A DNA stretch of 32,000 nt, from the NCBI GenBank assembly GCA_046757465.1, contig JBHHYH010000017.1, positions 10,752 to 42,751 of the forward strand, in the 5' to 3' direction. The DNA comes from Candidatus Scalinduaceae bacterium. GTDB lineage: Bacteria; Planctomycetota; Brocadiia; Brocadiales; Scalinduaceae. Made by a program: the position numbers and the translations under genes. Below the pieces are notes generated by a model, which saw nothing but the letters and a program-made list of their open reading frames with translations, had not been told where the DNA came from and made no database searches. Positions 10,115 through 18,185 of this stretch are shown in pieces. Position 1 is the stretch's first letter; every line of letters begins with the position of its first letter.

Positions 10115-10175
10115 GATTCTCTCGGGGCGATGCTATGCATCGGATTGCTTCGCTCACTTTGTTCACTCGCAATGA
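10115..10175. repeat. REP-like element, same family, between convergent genes
   Basis: ggattgcttcgctcactttgttcactcgcaatgat (10142-10175) read on the minus strand is atcattgcgagtgaacaaagtgagcgaagcaatcc. gattctctcgg lies at 10115. Confidence 0.5.
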
Positions 10176-10311
10176 TATGAGAGTAGGTATGTCACCGTAC
10201 TTACGGAACCGTGTACAAAGCAAGTTCGTTTAGGTATGTGTTATATTTAAGACTTTGTGGTTTTCCCTTACAAACTTAAAGCCCTATTCCATGAGCTATG
10301 TTTTGTAATAT

Positions 10312-11784
10312 CTAACTTACGGGAACACCATTTTCTACAGGGGCAGATACTGAAACAGCACTGCTCTTATACCAGTCTTGATAATAATCCCCGGAATCAT
10401 ATAATTTATGTAGATTTTCCAGTACCTGTTCAAAGACCTGTTGCCAGTCAGAACCAACCCTGAAGCCAAACATAGCGTTGCGTTTGCCATGCCTCGTACT
10501 ACCAATAGTCTTAAGTGACTTTCTAAAACGCATTCTCAGGTTGTCACCAGCATAAAGATGGTCATACATATATTGCATACCATCAATAAAATCTTCCAGG
10601 GTCATGTCAACAAATCTATGAACTACATGCGCAGTATCGTAATATTTCCAGTCAGCAGGATAATTCTTACGGAAAATCCTCTTTTCTGAATCCAATCTAT
10701 GATAAAGCTCAGTTTTTGGAAATGGACAATTGATACCAAAGGTAAGGACGTCAATGTTATTTTCCAATACAAATTCTGTCATCTTTTTGAATGAATCTTT
10801 ACCGTCTCCATCTGCTCCCAAGACTATGGACCCCCAAACAACAAGGCCGTGGTCATGAATCTTTTGAATGCAGTCATAATAATTATCCGTACCAAGTCTT
10901 AAATTGGTCTTTTTGTGCATCTTCTCCAGGACAGCTTCATTTGTCGATTCTATTCCACAGAGAAATCCAAAATTTCCACTCTTTGCCATCAGATCGAGCG
11001 CTTCCGCATCCTGCGATATATTAAGCGCCGTAAACCCTAGCCAATCCTTTTCGATACCTCTTTCTATCATCCCACGCCAGAGCGCCTTTGCCCTATTAGC
11101 AGAGTTCTTACTATGACCGTAGAAATTGTCCTCAGCAAACATTAGCCCCCTGTAATCGGTTGCCTCCATCTCATCCAGGACGTCTTCGTATGGCCTTTCC
11201 CTGAATTTTTTGCCCTGAAAGGTAGGGACGCTGCAGAAATCACAGTAATTCGGACAACCCTTCGTTGTAACAATAGAAGAGAACTTGTAATTATATTTCC
11301 TCTTCATGAGTTCTCTATTGGGAAAAACATGCTTCATTTCTGACAGGGCTGGCAACCCACCATTATAAACTTTTTTGAGCTGACCGTTTTCAAAATCCTT
11401 AATGACTTGAGGCCAGAGAGCCTCCGCTTCTCCCGTAAATATAGCATCAACGTATTTAGATGCTTCATCAGGCATTACGGATGCATGGATTCCGCCAATT
11501 ATCACGGTCATGCCTTTTTTTCTACATGCTTCAGCTATCTTGTACGCCCTTGCCACTTGATATGTAACAGAGGTCATACATACCAAATCAACAGGCTCAA
11601 AGGTTAATTCATCATTATCATCAAGGGCAAGTTCCAGATTCTCATCAATTACGTCAAACTCCCAGTCTCCGGGTGTAAGGGCGGAAATATATGCCAGATT
11701 TAAGGGCATTTGTACTATGACGGTTATACTTTCCTCACCATGCCTTCCCGGTGGGTGCGGATTGATAAGCATCATTTTTCTCAT
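10312..11784 (-). CDS. B12-binding-domain radical SAM enzyme
   Basis: N-terminal cobalamin-binding-like domain (DLVCMTSVTYQ...TVIIGGIHAS), followed by the radical SAM cluster motif CPNYCDFC (CxxxCxxC). Confidence 0.85.
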   Translation of the reverse strand: MRKMMLINPHPPGRHGEESITVIVQMPLNLAYISALTPGDWEFDVIDENLELALDDNDELTFEPVDLVCMTSVTYQVARAYKIAEACRKKGMTVIIGGIHASVMPDEASKYVDAIFTGEAEALWPQVIKDFENGQLKKVYNGGLPALSEMKHVFPNRELMKRKYNYKFSSIVTTKGCPNYCDFCSVPTFQGKKFRERPYEDVLDEMEATDYRGLMFAEDNFYGHSKNSANRAKALWRGMIERGIEKDWLGFTALNISQDAEALDLMAKSGNFGFLCGIESTNEAVLEKMHKKTNLRLGTDNYYDCIQKIHDHGLVVWGSIVLGADGDGKDSFKKMTEFVLENNIDVLTFGINCPFPKTELYHRLDSEKRIFRKNYPADWKYYDTAHVVHRFVDMTLEDFIDGMQYMYDHLYAGDNLRMRFRKSLKTIGSTRHGKRNAMFGFRVGSDWQQVFEQVLENLHKLYDSGDYYQDWYKSSAVSVSAPVENGVPVS

Positions 11785-11796
11785 TTTATTCTCCTC

Positions 11797-13242
11797 CTAA
11801 TTATTTAAAATCATATTCGCCACCCTCCAACCAGAGGATACAACCGCGCATACCCCTGGTCCCGGGTTTGTCCAATGTCCTGCTAGAAATAGATTATTGA
11901 AAGGTGTTTTATGTTGAAGTCTATTCGACCATGTCTGATCCACTGTAACAGCCCAACCGTAGGCAGCGCCTTTTGAATTGAGTGTATAGCGTTTAAGTGT
12001 CTTCGGTGTTGCTGCTTCGATAACGTCAATATGATTTCGGATGTTGGGAACAAGAGTTTCAAGATATTTTAATGTATATTCTTTCATTTCTTCTTTAAAG
12101 GTAACCCAATTTTCAATATCACCATAGTCTTCTTTTAAGGATACAACAACAGAAATTATTTGCTTTTCATCAGGGGCAAGACTTTTATCCGTTTTTGTCG
12201 GTACCGATATATAAAACCAACCATTATTGGAAAAACTTATATCATCTGACGTATGGTAAAAACCTCTTTTTAGTGCTTTTAAGTCAATGCCTTCATCAAG
12301 ACCCAGATACAATAGAAAAAATGAAATACTTTCCTTCATTGACTGGATCTTATGAAGATAGGAATCGTTAACTTCCTTTTCTTCTATTAACTCGGAAAAG
12401 GTCTGCTTTGGATCGATGTTTGATACAAAAACATCAGCAAAAAACTCTTTTCCTTTATTTGTCAAGACTCCTTTCACAAGTGTATCCCTTATATATATCT
12501 TGTTGACGGTAGAAGATAGCATAATTTGACCGCCATAGTCAATGAATTTTTGAGCAATCGCATCGGCGAAATTTTGGGTGCTGCCCACAGGGTAAAAAGC
12601 CCCATCCTTTAGATAATTTACCAGCATCTGGCACATACCAATAGCCGAGACTTCGTGAGGAGGCGAACCGATGTAGCCCCATTGTGCGGACAAGATAGCT
12701 TTAAGTTGCTCATCAGTAAAAAACTTATCTAACATTTCCTTGTAAGTAACATCTTGATATTTAGTTAGCAATTTACTTCGTTCAGCCCTAACCGTAGACC
12801 GATACAGTCCCACAAATTCTTTAAAAAAGGATGATAAATTTTCACTTTCAGATGTAAACCGTTGTTTTAGCAAATTGACGTAATCATCAATCTCGGCAGG
12901 AATATCTATAGAGAAAGAAGGAAAATTTATGCTGTCCATAGGATCAAGTCTTAAAAAATTAATATTTATATCAAGTTCTTTAAGGCTTCTACCGACTATA
13001 CTCCATTTTCCGCATCCACCAATGTGGTGAACCGCTGCGTCGAAAATAAAGCCTTTTCTTTTGAAAGAAGTGCAGTAACCCCCGGGTATATTATGTTGTT
13101 CAATTATCAAAACTTTTTTTCCACTTTTTGCTAAGAAAGCGCCGCAGATTAGTCCTCCAATCCCAGCCCCTAATATAATTACGTCATACTTGGATTGTAT
13201 TTTGGATTCATCTAAGGAAAAGTCACGTGTAGAAACGGCCAT
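11797..13242 (-). CDS. FAD-dependent oxidoreductase, CrtI / phytoene-desaturase-like
   Basis: Dinucleotide-binding motif DVIILGAGIGGLICGAFLAKSGKKVLIIE. The length (481 aa) and C-terminal GHWTNPGPG are typical of the CrtI family. Confidence 0.8.
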   Translation of the reverse strand: MAVSTRDFSLDESKIQSKYDVIILGAGIGGLICGAFLAKSGKKVLIIEQHNIPGGYCTSFKRKGFIFDAAVHHIGGCGKWSIVGRSLKELDININFLRLDPMDSINFPSFSIDIPAEIDDYVNLLKQRFTSESENLSSFFKEFVGLYRSTVRAERSKLLTKYQDVTYKEMLDKFFTDEQLKAILSAQWGYIGSPPHEVSAIGMCQMLVNYLKDGAFYPVGSTQNFADAIAQKFIDYGGQIMLSSTVNKIYIRDTLVKGVLTNKGKEFFADVFVSNIDPKQTFSELIEEKEVNDSYLHKIQSMKESISFFLLYLGLDEGIDLKALKRGFYHTSDDISFSNNGWFYISVPTKTDKSLAPDEKQIISVVVSLKEDYGDIENWVTFKEEMKEYTLKYLETLVPNIRNHIDVIEAATPKTLKRYTLNSKGAAYGWAVTVDQTWSNRLQHKTPFNNLFLAGHWTNPGPGVCAVVSSGWRVANMILNN

Positions 13243-13374
13243 ATAGTACCTTATTTCTTAAATCTTGAATAATTCTGGCAAAACATGTTCCTGACAGGCC
13301 CAGGAATATATATCAATAGAATTTCTCTGAAGTTAGGAAAGGTTAAGGGTTAGGAGGCCGGTGTAGTAGTCGGG

Positions 13375-13476
13375 CTAAGGTAAGGTAAAGATCGATTAAC
13401 TACTTAACCCACCCGCCCGTACCGAACTGTACGTTCGGGCGGGTTGACCAAACTGGCATCTTTACCCTAACCTAAC
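13375..13476. repeat. GC-rich imperfect palindrome inside the lipid operon
   Basis: Central hairpin acccgcccg (13411-13419) / cgggcgggt (13436-13444). It is flanked by ctaaggtaaggtaaagat (13375-13392) and atctttaccctaacctaac (13458-13476). Confidence 0.7.
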
Positions 13477-13555
13477 AACTTAACCAGATGTATATTAGTA
13501 CCTGTTTGGTTCTGGTCGTACCTTCGGCAGAGGCGCCGGGACGAACTTGTCCAGG

Positions 13556-14791
13556 CTAGGAGTATCTTGATATGATTAAGGATGAGATGTTGCCTGTATC
13601 TGAAAAGTCGTCAACCAGGACGTTTTTTACGTCTAATTTTCTGCTTTTATTAGGTACATAATCTAAATCGCATTCATCGTCCACTTCTTGATAATTTATT
13701 GTTGGAGGTATAACACTGTTGTTAATTGCCATTATACTTGCAACACTTTGCATTGCACCCGACGCGTCAAGGCACTCCCCCGTCATTGATTTTATAGCAC
13801 TTATGGGCACTTTCTTAGCATAACCACCAAAGTAGTCTTTAATAACCCTGGTTTCCATTCTATCACCCGTTATGCTGGAGTTTGCGCATGCAGATATGTA
13901 AGAGATGTCGTCAATATTAAGTTCCGCATCTTTCATTGCCAAAGAAATGCATCTTATACCCTCTTTAGTATCTAAATTGTCGTGGTAAATCTTTTTCGGA
14001 TTAAAGGTGTTTCCGTAACCCTTTATCTCGGCATAAATTCTTGCGTTTCTTTTTAATGCGTCCTCGAGCCTTTCTATCGCCATTAATGCAGCAGCTTCAC
14101 CAATTACGAAACCGTTGCGCCTTTTGTCATATGGTGTTGAAATCTCAATGGCGCTATCTTTGTAACCTGCTAATATTCCAGACCTGTAAGCTCCCCAAAA
14201 TATGTCCGGGGTTAAACCGTGAACTCCCCCAGCCAAAACCGCCTTCACCCTGCCTAACCTCAGGAAATCAGAGGCGTAAATAATAGCATCAAGGCCACTG
14301 GTAACTCCAGTAGATATAGTGGAGTTAAGGCCCGTGGCTTTGCAAAATATAGAGGCCCTGCTTGCAGGAGCATTTAGAACTGTATTTGGGAAGGCCATTG
14401 GATTAACATAATTAGGACCTTCCCTTAACGCTTCAAAGTCAAATGTACTGATACTATCTATACTGCCATAAGTAGAACCGATTACAATTCCTAAATCTTC
14501 CTCAGTATAGATTTCGTGCGTTATTTTAGCATCGTCCATTACAAGCTTTGCGGCTGAAGATGCCAATAGCGAAGTCCTGTCTATATGTCGTATTCCTTTC
14601 TTGCCCAAAAACACCTTTGCATCAAAATCTGATATCTCTCCCGCCTTCTTGCTCCTGTATTTGGATACGTCAAATAGTGTAATATCCTTTATCCCGGAAA
14701 CACCTTTTGTCAAATTGCTCCAAAACTCGTCTTTATTTACACCGATTGGTGACAAAATGCTAATACCTGTTATAACTAATCGAGTATCCAT
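13556..14791 (-). CDS. Ketosynthase-like protein lacking the catalytic Cys (chain-length-factor-like partner)
   Basis: Full-length thiolase-fold KS homolog. The active-site TAC-AAG is replaced by STGVTSG (Val163, codon 14303-14305). AHGTGT is replaced by ACANSS, and GHT by GEC. Confidence 0.8.
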   Translation of the reverse strand: MDTRLVITGISILSPIGVNKDEFWSNLTKGVSGIKDITLFDVSKYRSKKAGEISDFDAKVFLGKKGIRHIDRTSLLASSAAKLVMDDAKITHEIYTEEDLGIVIGSTYGSIDSISTFDFEALREGPNYVNPMAFPNTVLNAPASRASIFCKATGLNSTISTGVTSGLDAIIYASDFLRLGRVKAVLAGGVHGLTPDIFWGAYRSGILAGYKDSAIEISTPYDKRRNGFVIGEAAALMAIERLEDALKRNARIYAEIKGYGNTFNPKKIYHDNLDTKEGIRCISLAMKDAELNIDDISYISACANSSITGDRMETRVIKDYFGGYAKKVPISAIKSMTGECLDASGAMQSVASIMAINNSVIPPTINYQEVDDECDLDYVPNKSRKLDVKNVLVDDFSDTGNISSLIISRYS

Positions 14792-14873
14792 TACAATTGT
14801 TCCGTTGAAAAATTATCCCATAAAAAAAAGTTAATGGCCTTGTTCTAAGATACCATTAACAATTTAAATACTA

Positions 14874-14920
14874 AAGGGACAGGCTTCCTTTTTTATAAAA
14901 AAGATGCCTGTCCCTCTAAA
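14874..14920 (-). repeat. Conserved intergenic hairpin element (copy 2, KS to KS-like gap)
   Basis: agggacaggc...gcctgtccct is a perfect 10-bp stem flanking a T6-ata-A6 core. It has the same orientation relative to transcription as copy 1. Confidence 0.8.
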
Positions 14921-14951
14921 CATATATGAACTTGCTGAATTCTTGCACTTT

Positions 14952-16169
14952 TTAACCCGTAAACTTTTTTAATACAAGACAACTATTGTTACCGCCAAAA
15001 GCGTAAGCATTATTTAAGGCTATATTTACTTGCATCTCACGTTTTACATTAGGAACAAAATCTAGATCACACTCCGGATCTTTAGTTTCATAGTTTATTG
15101 TGGGAGGCACTATGTCTTCTTTAACAGCTAATGCACATGCGATAGCTTCTATTGCACTGGCAGCTCCCATTGTATGCCCTATCATAGATTTTATAGAAAT
15201 CACAGCCAAACGCTTTGAATGTTCTCCAAATACTTTCTTAATAGATATTGTTTCGGCCTTGTCATTAGCAACGGTTCCAGTACCATGTGCACTTATATGC
15301 TGAACATCCTCAGGCTTGATGTTGGCGTCTTTTAAGGCCTTTCTCATCGCAGACACGACACCATTTCCCTCTGGTTGTGGAATTGTGATATGATATCCGT
15401 CACAGCTTAGACCGTAACCCAGAATTTCTGCATAGATATTTGCATTCCTTGCTAATGCATCTTCCATCGATTCTAATACCAGCATCCCGGCGCCTTCACC
15501 AATTAACATTCCTTTTCTATTTTTGTCAAAAGGCTGGCATACCTCTGGCGCAATAGCATTCAGTTTGCTAAAACCAACGTAAGCTACTTTAGAAAAAGGA
15601 TCCGTACCGCCGGCTACCATAATATCTGCTCTTCCCAATCTTATCAGGTCGCATGCATAGCCAATAGCATAATTCCCTGCGGCACATGCAGTGGGAATTA
15701 TTGTATTTGGGCCCTCAAACCCGAATTCGATAGCTATGTTTGATGGAATATTGTTGCATGGGTGCTTAAGGAATAGATCTGCATCTACGTTATCATCTCC
15801 CTTTTCATATCTTAATTGGTTTACCCTTTCTAAAATTTGAATTTCACCCGCAGTTGTGCCGATTGAAACACCGACTCTTTCAAGATCAACATTTTTTACG
15901 TCAATTTTAGAGTCATCTAAGGCTAGCTTAGTTGCTGCGATTGCAAATTGTGATCCCTTGCCAACTTTTCTTGAACCGTTACTTATATAGTCTTCATACT
16001 TGAAATCTTTAACTTCACAACCGTTATGTACTTTAAAATCAGATGTGTCAAACGCCTTGACTTCCGAGGCTCCGGATACGCCGGAAGTTAATGCATCCCA
16101 GAAAATATCTTTATTGCATCCTATGGGGGATATTACACCTACACCAGTAATTACAATTCTTTTATCCAT
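14952..16169 (-). CDS. fabF: Beta-ketoacyl-ACP synthase II (FabF-type), catalytically intact
   Basis: Active-site PTACAAG (Cys162, codon 15684-15686). His motifs YHITIP and [19 protein letters not shown]. Confidence 0.9.
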   Translation of the reverse strand: MDKRIVITGVGVISPIGCNKDIFWDALTSGVSGASEVKAFDTSDFKVHNGCEVKDFKYEDYISNGSRKVGKGSQFAIAATKLALDDSKIDVKNVDLERVGVSIGTTAGEIQILERVNQLRYEKGDDNVDADLFLKHPCNNIPSNIAIEFGFEGPNTIIPTACAAGNYAIGYACDLIRLGRADIMVAGGTDPFSKVAYVGFSKLNAIAPEVCQPFDKNRKGMLIGEGAGMLVLESMEDALARNANIYAEILGYGLSCDGYHITIPQPEGNGVVSAMRKALKDANIKPEDVQHISAHGTGTVANDKAETISIKKVFGEHSKRLAVISIKSMIGHTMGAASAIEAIACALAVKEDIVPPTINYETKDPECDLDFVPNVKREMQVNIALNNAYAFGGNNSCLVLKKFTG

Positions 16170-16231
16170 AAATTTTTTTTATCTAAATTGAGCGATTTAT
16201 ATATTTCACTTGTCATTTCGACTCCTTCACT

Positions 16232-16360
16232 CCTGTCATTCCGAACGAAGAGAGGAATCCGCTTTGGGCTCGGTATTATATTACGCAAAATCCAAGATTA
16301 CGGGAGAAATCTTAACGCTTGCCGTTGTAGAAGATTTCTCGCTACACTCGAAATAACAGG
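16232..16360. repeat. REP/MITE-like inverted-repeat element (GTCATTC...GAATC family)
   Basis: cctgtcattccgaacgaagagaggaatc (16232-16259) is an imperfect inverted repeat of gatttctcgctacactcgaaataacagg (16333-16360). Confidence 0.65.
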
Positions 16361-16482
16361 TCAAAACGAGTATTTTCACCTAATAATGATTGAAGATAAT
16401 GGTTATGCTATGTCTCATAATTTAAACGGAATAACAATAAAATGAAAAACAAATCACTCAATTTAAGTTATATTACCGAGAA

Positions 16483-16938
16483 TCAATCCTTTAGAGATTC
16501 TCTTTCGGCTACACCAAAACTTAATGTAGCCTTCGAAACGATCTTTTCTCCCACTCTGGCTATGCCCTTCACTATCGCTGCATTAGAAACAACTTTTTCG
16601 GTATTGATTTCTAAAATAAGTTGGTCGCCTGGAAAGACTGGTTTTGAGAAGCGGACGTTAGCCGAGGCCAACAAAAAGACCTTGTCTTTGTCCTTGTCAG
16701 CATCAAAACTCTTTCTAAAGAGTATGATTGATGCTTGGGCCATGGCTTCTAAGATTAAGACTCCTGGCATTATGGCAAAATCCGGAAAGTGTCCAACGAA
16801 GAACGATTCATTACCGGAAATATTCTTTAAACAAACAATTTTGCTTTCCTTCTGAAACTCAACAACTTTATCAATAAATAAGAACGGATATTTTTGAGGA
16901 ATCAACTTTCTTATTTCCTCAAAGCTCAACATTTGCAA
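16483..16938 (-). CDS. fabZ: 3-hydroxyacyl-ACP dehydratase (FabZ-type)
   Basis: Hotdog-fold motifs IPQKYPFLFIDKV and VGHFPDFAIMPGVLILEAMAQ. Confidence 0.9.
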   Translation of the reverse strand: MQMLSFEEIRKLIPQKYPFLFIDKVVEFQKESKIVCLKNISGNESFFVGHFPDFAIMPGVLILEAMAQASIILFRKSFDADKDKDKVFLLASANVRFSKPVFPGDQLILEINTEKVVSNAAIVKGIARVGEKIVSKATLSFGVAERESLKD

Positions 16939-17014
16939 ATACCTTTCTTGTTAAAGTTATAAGCAGACAGATTTAAAAATTTACGAAATAGGCGGGAATA
17001 CAAAAGAAATGTGG

Positions 17015-17284
17015 TTATTTCTTGGTATTTTCTTCCAGTATTGATTTCGTCATCCCAATCGTAGCGTTTAGTGATGTAATGTCTACTAATTTTTCTTCAG
17101 GAATTTGAATTTTGTATTTTTTCTCAATAAGTGCCAGAATTTCCAATGCCAGCAAGGAATCTATTTCTAACTCCTTAAAAAAATCAGAGTCTCTTTTTTC
17201 CCATATTTCACTTTCCTCTAACTCAGTTACTTCAGCCACAATTGATGTAACCTCTTTATCTATATTATCTGCAGTCAATATCAT
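17015..17284 (-). CDS. Dedicated acyl carrier protein
   Basis: 89 aa and acidic. Phosphopantetheine attachment motif LEIDSLLALE (DSL). First gene of the minus-strand cassette. Confidence 0.85.
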   Translation of the reverse strand: MILTADNIDKEVTSIVAEVTELEESEIWEKRDSDFFKELEIDSLLALEILALIEKKYKIQIPEEKLVDITSLNATIGMTKSILEENTKK

Positions 17285-17571
17285 CCCTCCTCAAAAAATA
17301 CCAATCTACAAAAATCTAACAAATATTAACAACGAACATTTAGTGAAAAAAGAGTGTTCTTAAACGATGGTTTTTCCCTATGCTGATTACCAATACAGAG
17401 CTTATGACAGTACGGTCTGGCGTTAAAATACATTTAAAAAAAATCTGAAAAGGGAAAAATAACAAACTTACATCGATATGTCAATAACAATCTCAAGACA
17501 ATTATAGGACTAATCGAGTTGACTTGATGTATGCATTTTGCTATTGTTTTTAATCAAGGTAAGTAATTTAA

Positions 17572-18180
17572 ATGACGAAGATAAAGATTTGCGGTATAAC
17601 GAATTTAAATGATGCCATAGTCGCTGTTGACTATGGTGCAGATGCTATTGGTTTTGTATTTGCAGAAAGTGTACGAAAGGTAAACAGAAAAAAGGTTAAG
17701 GCCATTGTACGAAAATTACCGCCATTCGTTACGTTTGTGGGACTTTTTGCCAATGAAACTGCCAAAAATATCGAAAACATTTGCAGATATTGTGGTCTAA
17801 ATGCCGTGCAACTACATGGAAATGAACCGCCAGGTTTTTTAGACAAACTTAAACATTACAAGGTTATCAAGGCGTTTCGGATAAAAAATGAAAGAGACAT
17901 TGAACTAATAAATAAGTATAAACCTGATGCTGTATTGCTTGACGGATATGCAGAAAATAAAATGGGTGGTACAGGCGCCTCTTTTGACTGGAAGATTGTT
18001 AAAAAATTAAAGACCTCAAGCCCAATAATAATAGCAGGAGGCTTAACACACTTAAATGTCTCGCGTGCTATAAAGATTGCAAGACCCTATGGCGTTGATG
18101 TTTCCTCCGGTGTAGAAATCAAACCTGGAAAAAAGGATAGGCAATTAATTAAAAAATTTATCGATGCCGTAAATGGGTAG
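17572..18180 (+). CDS. trpF: Phosphoribosylanthranilate isomerase
   Basis: N-terminal KICGIT, VQLHG and GGTGxxFDW motifs. Length of 202 aa fits. Confidence 0.9.
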   Translation: MTKIKICGITNLNDAIVAVDYGADAIGFVFAESVRKVNRKKVKAIVRKLPPFVTFVGLFANETAKNIENICRYCGLNAVQLHGNEPPGFLDKLKHYKVIKAFRIKNERDIELINKYKPDAVLLDGYAENKMGGTGASFDWKIVKKLKTSSPIIIAGGLTHLNVSRAIKIARPYGVDVSSGVEIKPGKKDRQLIKKFIDAVNG

Positions 18181-18185
18181 TTCTT

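Noticed and set aside
9035-10223. Long antisense ORFs opposite the ROK kinase (9094..9666, 190 aa; 9694..10140, 148 aa; 9984..10223; 9035..9241)
   Set aside because: The plus-strand gene has unmistakable ROK motifs. The antisense products are P/S/I-rich with no motifs.
13243-16482. Both large gaps in the lipid operon (13243-13555 and 16170-16482) are exactly 313 bp
   Set aside because: The two sequences are not alignable by eye and the lengths depend on the chosen start codons. I treat this as coincidence.
16188-16855. ORFs 16188..16445 + and 16442..16855 +
   Set aside because: The first is read across the REP-like inverted repeat in the fabZ-KS gap (the SFRTKRGIR-type translation is typical of such repeats). 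The second is antisense to the well-supported fabZ.
18181-18185. Convergent trpF and miaB stops only 5 bp apart with no room for terminators
   Set aside because: Tight convergent packing is common in compact genomes. Nothing further in the sequence supports it as a finding.
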